The notes below the pieces were generated by a model. The model made no database searches and was not told the DNA's origin. It saw only the letters and a list, made by a program, of their open reading frames with translations. A DNA stretch of 61,771 nt, counting the filler, from Sphacelaria rigidula (taxonomy: Eukaryota): assembly GCA_964200075.2 (NCBI GenBank). It is 8 parts of 8 records of this genome, joined end to end, with 100 filler letters (N's around TTAATTAATTAA, not from the genome) between each part and the next. Parts side by side here need not be neighbours in the genome. Positions count along the whole stretch, not along the records: positions 7,735 to 15,368 come from CAXNAA020014008.1; positions 15,469 to 23,102 come from CAXNAA020014009.1; positions 23,203 to 30,836 come from CAXNAA020014010.1; 5 more parts are not named here. One strand, written 5' to 3'. Every line of letters starts with the position of its first letter. Positions within the stretch are counted from its first letter, which is position 1. Of this stretch, positions 11,786-23,285 are shown piece by piece. The position numbers and the translations under genes are program-made.

Positions 11786-13981
11786 GTGGTCGTTTTTGGC
11801 GGAAACGGTTTTGTTGGACAAAACGTTTGCAAAGCCGCCCTTACGCTAGGCGCTGAGGTCGTCAGTATCAACAGGAGCGGCGCCCCCCCTGGCAAGACGT
11901 GGGCTGATGACGTACGATGGGTACGAGGGGATATTTTTCAACCAGAAGATTATGCAAGCGAGGTCAGTGAGGCGAATTGTATCCTCGTGCGATTGAGGGT
12001 AGTTTCACAGACGGTTCCAACTTGAGCGCACCTTTTAATTATTGCGATATGATTTAATCCTTTGACCTCGGACGTTTTCTGTCATACTTCAATCCTCGCA
12101 GCCATCCGACAAATCAACTGTCAGGCGTAGTGGACCGTTCGGTTTCTTGTGGCTAATAGGGTCATGGTTGCGAGACAACGTTCCCGAGATGAGAGCATCG
12201 TTTGTTAGCTGCTGTCTCGGAAATCAATCCGCGTCTTGATTGCCCAAGCTCAAGACTTTGGGATGACAGCAACTTTGACTCACAAGAAAAACATGTAGTA
12301 TGACGGCCCATGGAAGCCCCAGTCCCGCGTGGCTGTTTAACAACTCCGTGGGGATATGTCCTCGTCTCCAGTGGACATATTCTCCGTTGTCCAGGTTTAA
12401 CCGTTTATAAACCAGAGTTAATCACAGTCAAATAAATCTTCGACTCTTGTCGCTGCTCTCACGTGTTGTTTTGCTTGCCGGTGATGTGGAAGACGCGAGA
12501 TTGCTCTTGTCTCGACCCGTCGCTTCATTTTCCATGAACAACGAGTCGCAGAAGAGTCCCACACTGACAGGTCGTGAAATTAGAACTTGCTGTGGAGAGC
12601 ATGCCCATAGCTCTTGGTTCGTGAAAGACTAGACGGTAGTTTAAGTGCGCTACTCTCGCGTGCAAATACGTAGTTGTCAGGCGCGAAGGGAGTGATCAGT
12701 TGTGTCGGCGGCTTCGGGTCCAACGAGCACATGGAAAAGCTGTGCGGAGACGCAACGGTGATCGCGACAGAGGCAGCAGAAAAGGTGAATGTCTTCCCTA
12801 CATCGTCGTTTTCAATCTCGCGGCGGAACGGTCATCGTGTCAATCGGCATAGCAGTTGCTGCAGCTGCGGTGTTGGTAGCTTTGACGGCATTGTTACTCT
12901 GTTCTGCCAGATAGTTCAGTCGTGTCGGAAATTGATGTGATGGGTCACCGCGCGCCCGCGTCTTCTGCGACGTGAGAAACGTCTCCCTATTTTCGGTGTC
13001 CTGAATTCTCTCAACCACCCCTACCCCACTTTCTCGTTCCCGAACCCCAACCACGTGCAGGCAGGCGTGGATAACTTTGTCTTCATCTCAGCCGCGGGTT
13101 CTCAGCACCTGCACTTGTTGCTCCAGGGCTATTGGAAAGGGAAGCAGAAGGCTGAGGCCGCGATTATGCGGAGGTTGGTTTTCTGAGTGCCGTAGTGCAC
13201 ACAGTGGATTCCCCACCGTCGCCTATTGAGACGCAACGAAGTGTACCCCGAGAATAATGTTTATCGCGCTAGGAGCGCACGTGTACGGCGTCTTACCTCA
13301 TTGTGAAGACGACAACCCCCGTTACACCCGGACCAAGTTCCGACTTTGTACTGTGTATCGAGGTTACCGAAGAGTATATAACGTAGCTGGTAAGTCGGTG
13401 CCACGCACGTCACGATCCAGGACAGAGATTTCCTGCAATCTCATTTCATGCCCAGGCGATGGCGGCATCGTTTGTTCAATAAAAATCGAGCTGTAGATGT
13501 GAAGGCATTCTTCGCTTTTCCACGAGATTTCATGGCGCTTGCATAAACGGCCGCTAATATGAAGTATTGCGAGAGTCATGTGCCTCGGGTAAGTTTCCCG
13601 GATCACAGTATTGTAAAAACAAGGTCGCGTGCGCACACAGCCACTTTGTTCATGACAGGAAGTCCGTGCCGGATGCCAACGCTGACTAGTGGGATTACAT
13701 CATTTTGATGTTTCGATATCGCTATCCTGATAAAACTGCCCCTCCTTCTCTCTTGGTGTTGGATTCTGCACACCGCGATAGGATATCGTACAGCCAGCTG
13801 CAATAGAAACGCCATGTGCTTTATGCTGTGGACTTGAAACCACTAATTCGTCTCACGACACACATTTTTTTGCAGGTTTCCTCAAGGAGGGGTGATTTTA
13901 CGCGCTCCAGGGATCTACGGCGACCGTGAAGTGGGATCTGTCACGCTACCATTGGGCCTCTTAATGAAGCCAGCGGAGATG
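11786..13981 (+). CDS. NAD(P)-binding Rossmann protein, atypical SDR (NDUFA9/COQ11/At1g32220-like); partial, exons 11786-11962, 12674-12784, 13061-13173, 13876-13981
   Basis: GT-AG junctions with consistent phases (0,0,2) give VVVFGGNGFVGQNVCKAA...GDIF...VISCVGGFGSNEHMEKLCGDA...AGVDNFVFISAA...GYWKGKQKAEAAI..RFPQGGVILRAPGIYGDR; GxxGxxG and YxxxK motifs present. Confidence 0.9.
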
Positions 13982-15368
13982 GTGAGGCTCTGGCCCAGAT
14001 GTTTGAACTGCTTTTTTATCTATGAAGGACATACGCAAACGTCCACATCTATAGCATAGTTGCGTCTCTGTGCCACGGTGGGGTGATTATCTTCGTGGAA
14101 CTACATCTAGACTGCAATGAGTTCCTCCATGTATCCCGGAGTTGCCACTGAGACGGTGTTCAAACAGTGAAACAATTGCTTGGAGGTTGTCTGCGTGGCA
14201 CAAGGTTTGCCAACACGGTTCTCCATCTCGCTTCCGTGCCCCCGTTGCAACCGCAGCGTCGTTATTCTCAGCATGAGTATCACCCTTGCTATCTCCAGTC
14301 CGGTTCTACCCTGCACAACTGTTGTTGCCGAACACGCGCGCGCTTCCCTTGTTCGTCCTTTAGGTTTTGAGCCTGCCCCCTTTTGCAGCTCTTCGAAATG
14401 CTGGACCCTTGGAGCCGGTGCTATCACCCCCTGTATCCGTGCAAAATGTGGGCAAAGTGGCGGCTGGAGGAGCATTGGGCATTGTGCCTTCAGGAATTTT
14501 GCTCGTGGATGATATTAACCGCCTGGCGAAAGAAATATAAGCTCTATTTTGCGCTCAATCATCTTATTGAATCGGCGTCTTCACGCATAAATTTTCCAGA
14601 GAGTTTGATCTCTCACAGGCGTTGTACCCGTTTGTAAGGGATGCGACATTTTCGTGTTGTTTTGGCCGCGGTACGATATGACGAACAAACCCCGAGAGGA
14701 CATTCGAAGTATGAGTGGTGTGCGTGTCATGCTGTAAGTTTTCCAGTGTTGCTCCTGGAACGGAGGTTGCCTTTTTGTGTTCATATTTTTGTCCGAGATT
14801 TTGGTGTAGAACATGAGTCGGTTGTCTCGTGGTGACTATGGTTGTTATTGTACTCCGGGCGTCTGTAATGAGATGTTTGCATCCTTCCATGTTCGTTGCC
14901 CACGTTCCTTTCTTTTTGAAGTAGGTACATGGAAGATCGAGCGTAGTGCGATATAAGGTTTGTGAATGCGGAACATGATACAAAGTGCAACTTACGGCCG
15001 TGACTTGCATCTCCGTACTAGGGCTTCGTGACTATTGCACAGGTCGGATTCTCGCCACTGCGAAGTACTGGTCCGGTTTACCTCGTGACGTGATGAAGGC
15101 GATGTATTACCCACAACTTGTTGGAGTTGTGTCAGTTTTAGGTTGAGGACTATGATGAGTGAGAGACTTGAAGCGGGTTAACCCTCAGACAGCGAGCGTC
15201 GCGTCGGAACTGTTTCCAGGGATATCCGGGGGTTTCAAGGGGGCGGGGGGGGGGGTGGTTTGTGACGGGGGGGGGGGGGGGCCTGCGCGCAGAACAGCCA
15301 GGAAGCTCACCAAGTCAGTCATGTGTGTTTCAAAGTTTCCAACCGAAATTATGAGCCAGGAACGAGAC

Positions 15369-15468
15369 NNNNNNNNNNNNNNNNNNNNNNNNNNNNNNNN
15401 NNNNNNNNNNNNTTAATTAATTAANNNNNNNNNNNNNNNNNNNNNNNNNNNNNNNNNNNNNNNNNNNN
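15369..15468. other. Artificial contig-joining linker
   Basis: 44 N + TTAATTAATTAA + 44 N. Confidence 0.98.
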
Positions 15469-15489
15469 CTCTTCCCCCCCACCCCGCCC

Positions 15490-15550
15490 TTCCCATCTAA
15501 TGGTCAAACGACCAAGGGAAGCAACAAATGAGTACCCCCCCCCCCCCCCC
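15490..15550 (+). mobile_element. Short 5'-truncated LINE family A 3' end with poly(C)
   Basis: AATGGTCAAACGACCAAGGGAAGCAACAAATGAGTAC followed by a C run; C-rich sequence upstream. Confidence 0.75.
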
Positions 15551-15599
15551 AAATGGAGGGATGTACTTTTTCCAACGCTCAACCCGGTTGCGTAGTGTA

Positions 15600-15964
15600 A
15601 GGTTTGCATCGTGTTTCTTCTCTTTTTTCTCTTTGCTTCTTGTTTCGTCTGTGCTTCCCCCCCCTTCCCCCCCCCGCTGCCGGAACGAGCCTGGCTCTCT
15701 CTTCTTGTCTATTGTATTCCCTTTTTTTTACGTTCTATTTTTCTATTATTATTTTCTTCCTTCCTTTCATTTTTCTTTCATTTTTCTTTCATTTTTTCCT
15801 TCATCTTTTCCCCTGTTTCTCCTTCTTGTTTCTGATTACGAGCTGGAGTGTTGCAATCAGCTGCGTGATGCACGATCATCATCCTTTCTGTCTTTGTTCG
15901 TGCTTGTGTTTGTATTGTGTTTGTCGTTATTTTGTTGTACTGCTGTTGTTATTTGTTGTTGTTG

Positions 15965-15996
<32 letters not shown>

Positions 15997-16190
15997 GGTG
16001 GTGTTTTTTGTTGTCATCGCTGCCCCCCTTCTTTCCTTTTTGAGGCCGTTGCTTCTGTCGTTTTTCTGTTCCTTTTTTTGTTGTTGTATTTTTTAATTAT
16101 TCTGTTCTATTTTTGCTGCTCCTGACCACGGGCTGTATTGTTGCAATCAGCTAACGTGAGATAATCAAATCAATCAAAACAATTAATCAG
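15600..16190 (+). repeat. Pyrimidine-rich low-complexity region with (GTT)n(GGT)n and RTE-type 3' end with (AATC)n-like tail
   Basis: Microsatellite at about 15955-16002; TGACCACGG...TCAGCTAACGTGAGATAATCAAATCAATC resembles the ends at about 25855-25912 and 47065-47128. Confidence 0.6.
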
Positions 16191-16393
16191 TGTATTTTTA
16201 AAACAGTCTATGTCACGTCATGCCAAGATTATGGGCACGATCATCGCAAATTTAATTCAATATGGAATGCCCGGGGGGCCTTCGTGCCCTCGTATGACCT
16301 ATTGTGTTGGGCATCTGCTCAAAATGGAAGTGCACGTGGTAGTATATCCTCGTTTACTCCTGTTATAACATGAAATTTGAAAGATTATTATAA

Positions 16394-17071
16394 GATCCTG
16401 AGAAATGGGGTTGAATACAAAAATGAGGTTCAACTCTGTGACGCCAGCCAGAAGAAGGACTGGTAGATCATTGCTGTTGAGAGACTCCCCAGTCTTGCTG
16501 ACCTCAGTTTCAGTTGTCAGCCTTCACAACATATCATTATCGTGAAAGGGCACTCGTAGGCACAGCCTCCTAGACACGCCAGGGTATCAACCCAGTGTCC
16601 CCGGTAATTCTCAAGAATCTTTAAGAATCCCTGCGCCCCCAATCATCATCCATATCATCACTACTAACATAACGTAACGGCGTAATTTCGTCACAACTCC
16701 GAAACAGGGGTTCCCTGACCTAAAATCATGACCAATGACTTGCGTATGGACGACCCCAACCTTCCCGACCCCCCTGAAACTATTTTGGGGGTTTCCAGCC
16801 TCCCGTTCACCTAAAGGGTATGTGCGACAGAACATTTCTGCCTCGATTTCGGGGAGAGAAAGGGGACTCTTGTTAGCTCAACAGTCGGGCTGTCTCACCT
16901 TGCAGGGAACGAAAGACAGGAACCCCCCCAAAATGGTTTTAGCGAGGTCGAGGGCGTTGAGGTCCATATAGATTAATTTGTCAAGTCTTGTGTCATGACT
17001 TCAGGTCAGGGGTAGCCTTATTGTTTTCGAATTTAACCTCATTTTTATGCTCAACCCCATTTCTCAGAACC
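16394..17071. mobile_element. Foldback/MITE with long inverted arms, interrupted by a solo LTR
   Basis: GATCCTGAGAAATGGGGTTGAATACAAAAATGAGGTT is inverted at 17035-17071; the arms continue at 16700-16815 versus 16900-17035; homologous arm at about 54350-54570. Confidence 0.75.
16437..16695. mobile_element. Solo LTR (259 bp) with 4-bp TSD ACTC
   Basis: TGTGACG...CGTCACA termini; ACTC at 16433-16436 and 16696-16699; related LTR ends at 38508-38570 and 46405-46475. Confidence 0.85.
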
Positions 17072-17299
17072 CTCTGTTCATTGCGGATGAATTTTCGTAA
17101 GGATGATGATGAGCCTCGAGAACGTTCATAGACGAGCATCGAAATACGTTGGGGGAGAACATCCAAATGCATTCTCCGGTCGTGATGTGTGGCCTCGCTC
17201 AGGCCTTGTCTTCGCACATCATTTTTCGATTGAAAATGTGCGGTGGAAGAGGAAAGCTCCGATCTAATTGGTCGGGGACTCGAAAAAGCACTGGCAACG

Positions 17300-17490
17300 G
17301 TACAACCCAACCTGCAAATGAACCGCCTTATCATGCCCTACCATTTCGAAAGCGAAAGATGGTGTAGGGGATGATCTTGCCGCATCTCACAGCTCACAAG
17401 TTGAGAGGAGTTGCATGCTGCGGACAGTTCAATGTTTCATATCTCGAAACGCATGCAATTAAGGAGAGGTGTAGAGATATAGGGGAAACT
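17300..17490 (+). repeat. Dispersed repeat unit (about 180 bp)
   Basis: TGCCGCATCTCACAGCTCACAAGTTGAGAGG core; reverse-complement tandem copies at about 49175-49520. Confidence 0.7.
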
Positions 17491-17534
17491 CGTACCAAAC
17501 AAAAATGTTACATGTTGCGCGGTACCCCAGAGGG

Positions 17535-17887
17535 ACCGGTGACGTTTCGCTCCAGGTTGACATATTTCCCAAGAATGTGCTCTGTAGGGTACGGGTATGT
17601 TCTGTAGGGTATGAAATTGAATACAGAGCTTACAGAAATATCGGGTACCGGTTTGAAAGTCGTACAGAAATTGCAGAACTTTTCGGGTACGGTATGGGAG
17701 GCCTGCACTATCCAAGGGACTAGTGACGTTACATTCAAGGTTGACATATTTCCCAAGCTTGTGTTCTGTAGGGTACGGGTATGTTCTGTGGGATATGATG
17801 TTCCTGACAGAACTTACAGAAATATCGGGTACCGGTATGGAAGTCTTGCAGAAATTACAAAACTGTCGAATACGAGTTTGAAAGTCT
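17535..17887 (+). repeat. Minisatellite-like repeat (CGGGTAC/TTACAGAA units) with about 185-bp duplication
   Basis: GGTTGACATATTTCCCAAG...CTGTAGGGTACGGGTATGTTCTGT occurs twice; same motif family at 60765-61090. Confidence 0.75.
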
Positions 17888-17889
17888 TA

Positions 17890-18471
17890 CCTTTCGTTGC
17901 TCTGCCGCGCACGTACTCCCGTCTGCTCAGAGGTGGTCACGGTAACAACATGCACCGAAGCCGCAACACCTGTGAAAGTTAAAGAGTTTGATTTTTATGA
18001 ACTGCATCCACACAATTCAAACGCCTCTCAAAACCTGAGGGGGGATGGCTTCCCTGTCCCCCAGCCAGGTATCGATGAACGAGGAAAGACTTTTGACAGG
18101 CGGGTACAACACAAATGGGGACCCGGAGAGTTTTTTTCCATCAAAATCTGTGTTTTCCAACCTGCAAAGCGTTCCATGCGCACTGTATACTTATAGGACG
18201 GTAACTTGTCGATTTCTGTTCCGTTCTTTGAGGACTGCCTGATGCCGATCCCAGGAAAGTTTGGTATTGCTGTTCGATGGTTTCTTTGGATGTTTAACTG
18301 GACCCGAAGCGACCACCTTCCCTCAGGTCTTGAGAGTCGTTTGGATTGTGTGGATGCAGTTCATAAAAACCAAACTCTCTAGCATTCACAGGTGTTGCGA
18401 CTTCGGTGCATGTTGTTACCGTGACCACCTCTGAGCAGACGGGAGTACGTGTGCGGTAGAGCAACGAAAGG
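17890..18471. mobile_element. Non-autonomous DNA transposon with about 155-bp TIRs, flanked by TA (Tc1/mariner-like)
   Basis: 17890-18045 is the reverse complement of about 18320-18471 with high identity; TA at 17888-17889 and 18472-18473. Confidence 0.8.
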
Positions 18472-20132
18472 TAGCTACGATCCGGTTTGCCTGCCGCACT
18501 GCCGACAGCGTCGCGTGAAAGCCACAAGACCCTTGCTGTCGGCGGTTGATGGCGTGTATCTCGAATGCAACTACATGCGGTTGATCGCAGAGCACTCCCG
18601 TCTCTCCCCCCAACTTGTAATAATGCATGACCTCCTGATATCGGAATACTTATTACTTATGGGAAGCTACTCGTACTGTTGTACCTGTAATTTAGGTGTT
18701 TACGCGGCCAGCGTGTGCTGCAGGTTGTAGCATGGGCGAACTCCCATGCGCCACGCTAGCAACAGCTAGGTCACTACCATAGGCATCTTTTTTCACTCCG
18801 CATGTCAAGAAGGTCTCTACAAGTGTTGAATTCAATACATCCCCTTCAACTGGCGTGTGGCACGCTCTTCTGCTCGAGTACCCGGTTAGGAGGAGGTCGG
18901 CGAAAATCAGTGATGAACATCACCCCCTAAGTTCAAATTGGATCTATCTGTTATTGCCGCAGCACCGTCCTTGCCGGCATGTGTGTGACAGAGAACAGTA
19001 GTAGCGGTGACGGGAACATTGCCCTGTTTTTCAACATGTTTTTCAGCGCACAGACGCGCGTCTTGTCCATAAAGAGAGGCAGAGAGAAATGGATATTCGC
19101 ATCAAGCAAGCAAGAAGAAGAGACGAAATCTCTCCGCAGCTCTCGGTGTTCTGACACAACATGGAAAATTGGGTACATGCTGGTAACCTCGATGATGCCA
19201 GTCTCTCGAGTGATATTGGTGATCGCCGAGCGAGGACGCGCAAAGGACACGGGCGAGGAGCTTCCTCTCTGTCGTTGCTTCTCTTTCTGGTGATATCGTC
19301 ATCGACACGTGTGTACACCGCATTCGTTGGGTGCACCTAGCCAGAACTGCTTAAGTCCTCCTACGGAGTTTTGGCGGGGAAGAAACTTTCGCTCTGTGTA
19401 ACTGTTTCGTATTTTCCCCACGAGAAAGAAATGCTACTTCAACCCCATTTTTGAGATGAACTTCATTTTTCAGGATCCGCTGTTTATTGCTGCCTTTCAT
19501 GTGTGGGTGTTTCCGGCGCGCGTTTGACAAACGCTGCTGCTTCTCGTTGAGTTCTGGACCGCTTCGACCAAGGTAGCAGCCACTATGGCTTGAGCTATAT
19601 ACGCCTTCTATCCGCGGGGGTAGCGGGGCTCTCAGTGTCAAATATTGTTGGGTTGGGTTGTGTGTCGTCTATGCATATGTGCCCCTTTGGTAATCACTAT
19701 GGTCATGTTCCTCTTCGAGCAATCAGATTTTCGGTCCGCGCAAACATATGGTTTTCCCGGTCTCCTTGAGGGGTGGTCTTGCAACGACCAATCACAGGGA
19801 ACGAAAAGGTAACAGGTGTTGAGCAAACATTTTGTTTTCGCCTCGATTAACACACGACCCAAGCCAGGAAAGCTAAAGCTGGGTCGTCGTGATGAGCAAT
19901 CCTGACCGCACATTTTCCCGACAATACGGCGAGCTGAGTTTTTCTAGTTGTGTTCCAGGCATTACATAGCGTTCATATCAGAAACTCATCTATCCCACAA
20001 CAGGAGATTTACCGAAAGCGATTGCTCCTCGAGAAGAGAAAAACTGAGTCTCGCCCGAGAGGAGGTCGAGTGACGCTGTCGCAAACAGATCCAGCACCTC
20101 AAAACTTCCCGTCCGAAATCGCGTCTTGCCAG

Positions 20133-20560
20133 GTTTGAGTGCTCTGGAAGCGGCGGGCATTAATCTGGCTGACTGTGCACAGGAGGTGCGTACGAAGAAA
20201 GTGTACAGTGCAGGTTTTCGCCCAGGTGCACCTTTTACGCTTGTAATCAATGATTGTAAAGTACACAGTAATTTAGTAAGGTGGCACCCACACCAACGAG
20301 AGCAGCATCCGAAGTCTTGGGTAGAAAAGGTTCAAGAGGTGCTCATTAGGATAAAGTAAGATACTCCAGGTACTCTGCATTTCCAGAGGAGTCATGGTGC
20401 CAAAGTGGGAGGGGGGGGGGGGGGGAGGATTCCAGGGGAAAAGGGGGCCCCAGGGGGGCGGGGGGGTCTAAAACACTGCGGGGGGGCTCGCTGTGGGGGG
20501 AANNNNNNNNNNGGGGTAGGATGTAGGTAGGGAAGGAAGGGGAGTGCAGGGTGGGGGGGT

Positions 20561-20612
<52 letters not shown>

Positions 20613-22118
20613 TGATTCCAGGGGAAAAGGGGCTCACAGGTGTGTCAGATGATCTAACACACTTGCGGTGCGCTTGCATTTGGGTGGAAACGGTGTCAAG
20701 CAGTATGAATGAACGTTATTTGTCGGTAAGAAGCGCGTTCGAACAACCGTTGCTGCTTTCGACGACGATTTTAAGTGGACTTTCGTGCAAGAAAATGGCC
20801 TTGAATACTCACTAGTATGAAGTGAAGGGGGGAGTAGATGCGCATGGAATTGCCGCAAGGCAATAGAGAGTAGAACTCATGAAGTAGCACAATGTGAACT
20901 ATACAAGGGGGAACGCGACATGTCGGAGGAGGAAATGTGGAAAGTAAACGGAGTTGGCATGGAACCGTTTGATACATTGGACATTAGCGACGAATCAAGG
21001 GCTATTTTAGCAGATAGATGGTGGCCACAGACGGCGAAACAGGAGGGGGATAAATTATGTAGAAGATTTTTGTGTATTGTATGGAAAAAACGTTATGAGC
21101 GCTTAAATGCTGGAGGTGTCTCTATTAGGAGTGGGAACGGTGCTGCGTCTCGCGAGGGATGCGTGGTCAATGGTCAAATGACTAAGGCAAACAACGAAAG
21201 AGTAGGCTCCCCTCGCCTATCGTAGCAAGAGTGTTCTCGGTACTGAGTACTCCAGAGTACCTGGACTATAGCCTGCCGGAAATACTGGGTGCTCCCGAGT
21301 ACCTGGACTAGTTGCCTGCCGAAAATGCCGAGTACTCCCCAGTACCTATCTTAAGCATTTTCGCAGGGTTCATCACCATCGGAGCGACAAGCACCAGTCA
21401 GCAGTCAGCAGTCTATTGAAAATTGATCGTTCTAGTTGGAATGTTCCTTGCACACGTTTTTGCAAGCCTCGGCGAGGCTTCTTCCGTGTGTACCCCTTGC
21501 GTTATCGTGAGTCGTCTGGAAGGTGAGTTTTAGAGCTGTTTCGCCTCACATCAACATGCAAACAAGTGGCCAAGTATGTGTGTGTTGCCCGCTTGATTCG
21601 ATGTCTTGATTCGCTTTCTTGAGTGCTCATGGCACAAAAATGCTGTCGTGTGGCCGCGTTGAGGTTCCCGCAACGGGGCGTAGGCCCTAAAGCAGTGCAG
21701 GACGGGTGTTCCAGCGGGCCTGTATTTGACTCTGTTTTGGTCATCCTCTAGGGGTCGTCCTGACCTTGCCGAAATATACGTTTTTCCTTGCCAACACCGT
21801 GAATGTTGTCATCCTGACGGCATGATTTGGATCGTCAGTATACACACCGTGGTGACGTCGATGGCTGATCCTGTGCACCAACCCGCATGTACCGCTCCCC
21901 TGTATTTTTGCCGACCGACAGGCTGGCAAAGATGCAATCATGATCTCAGGAAACGTGCGGCATCATGTGAGCCCGATAGCGAACCAAAAGATGTTCCGGG
22001 AGACTATCAGCATGTGCAGGGGAGATGCGGCGATCACACTGCTCGAAAAAGCCAAGAGCTTGGAAAACGTTACCGTTCACTTCGGATGCAGCCTCGTCAA
22101 CGTGAACTTGGATAAGAG
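20133..22118 (+). CDS. FAD-dependent monooxygenase, kynurenine 3-monooxygenase-like; partial, exons 20133-20185 and 21922-22118
   Basis: Phase-0 junction gives GLSALEAAGINLADCAQE|AGKDAIMISGN...TISMCRGDAAITLLEKAKSLENVTVHFGCSLVNVNLDK, recalling the class A flavoprotein monooxygenase segments 'RGl.ALe..G' and 'isRg.L...LLe.a...nV.ihF...l..vd'. Confidence 0.65.
20808..21212 (+). mobile_element. 5'-truncated LINE family A copy in an intron
   Basis: EEEMWKVNGVGMEPFDTLD...AILADRWWPQTAKQEGDKLCRRFLCIVWKKR...GCVVNGQMTKANN; degenerate zinc-knuckle upstream. Confidence 0.85.
21240..21350 (+). repeat. About 42-bp tandem repeat (GAGTACCTGGACTA..GCCTGCCG) x2.5
   Basis: Direct inspection. Confidence 0.65.
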
Positions 22119-23102
22119 GTACATTTTTTTAAGAGTATGTTGCAAAGAAAAAATAGAGGGTAGTGACGTAGGAAAATATATACCTTGTCGGGGGCTTTTG
22201 CTCACCTTCACCTTCGGGTGACGTGGCGAGGGTGCTATTCTCGCATGCGCAAAGACAACGTAGGCACGACCCGATTCCCGCAGTTTTGCTCGAGAACACA
22301 ATACGCGTCTCTTCCTTTTTACGCATATAATCGCACTGTAGTGCAATACAAGTGGAAAACAACATGCGTGATATGGTGCTTGACACGACTGCAAAGCTGG
22401 GGACAATCCAATAGAGCCGTCCTGTACCCTCACTTGACCCAAAACGGCAAGGTAGAGAAATTCTTTGGCTCTGTTACTTTTCCAGTGCGTTACCGCCTTC
22501 GCCAAAAAAGGGCGATTCTGGTGTCGGCTGCACCCTTGTTGTGGCCGCTGGCTTGCTCTCTTGTGGACAAGAACAGATAGACGTTGACTTCTGTTTTGCA
22601 CGTAATGTGTCGTTCCCTGCAAAATAAAGAAAATCACAGGGTAGAAGTTTCTTCCTCTGGCCAAAACCCAAAGAGTATAACGCACGGGTTTCATGCCTCC
22701 CTCTTGCAGCCAATTGCAAGGTAAAAGTCCTGCATGATTTTCATTTCGAATGGATGCGCATGTGTAGCTGTCGTTGTCATGAAGCGAACGAAGGCATGTG
22801 TTACTGCTTACTATGCTCTTCAGTCCCAAGTACTAGACTACGTGGCACCCCGAGCGGACAATATGTCATCCCTGTTTCAGGTAAACCTGAGCCGCTGTAC
22901 CTGCCCGATGTACATCTGGTTCGTCGTCGAATCAAGTCTCCGCGGTACCGTGGGCTTGACTGGGATGTGTTTCAATTTTTACACGCTCCATTGTTCTCTT
23001 GATGCCACTATTAATACAGGTACACTCTCGTCAAATACGGTAGCTCGCGGAAGATTCCATACGTCGGACGAGCACGAGTGTCACTCGTGGCACTCGCACT
23101 CG

Positions 23103-23202
23103 NNNNNNNNNNNNNNNNNNNNNNNNNNNNNNNNNNNNNNNNNNNNTTAATTAATTAANNNNNNNNNNNNNNNNNNNNNNNNNNNNNNNNNNNNNNNNNN
23201 NN
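23103..23202. other. Artificial contig-joining linker
   Basis: 44 N + TTAATTAATTAA + 44 N. Confidence 0.98.
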
Positions 23203-23211
23203 GTGTTTTCT

Positions 23212-23285
23212 TGCTCCGTCTCGAAAGGTATGCGTGGTCAATGGTCAAACGACTAAGGCAAGCAACAAATGAGTACGCCCCCCCC
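23212..23285 (+). mobile_element. LINE family A 3' end with C tract
   Basis: GCTCCGTCTCGAAAGGTATGCGTGGTCAATGGTCAAACGACTAAGGCAAGCAACAAATGAGTACG followed by C8. Confidence 0.85.

Noticed and set aside
15044..15094. Candidate next exon of the SDR gene (VGFSPLRSTGPVYLVT*)
   Set aside because: An acceptor is present, but the peptide lacks the expected C-terminal SDR similarity and stops early
15528..16125. Hydrophobic ORFs of about 170 aa resembling membrane proteins
   Set aside because: T-rich low-complexity retroelement 3' UTR and microsatellite
20405..20640. Poly-G tracts with a duplicated GATTCCAGGGGAAAAGGGG and a proline-rich ORF
   Set aside because: The duplicate flanks a 10-N gap and is probably a mis-merged, error-rich read end; the poly-Pro ORF is spurious
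22077..22829. 250-aa minus-strand ORF
   Set aside because: Antisense to a monooxygenase exon and intron; no recognisable motifs
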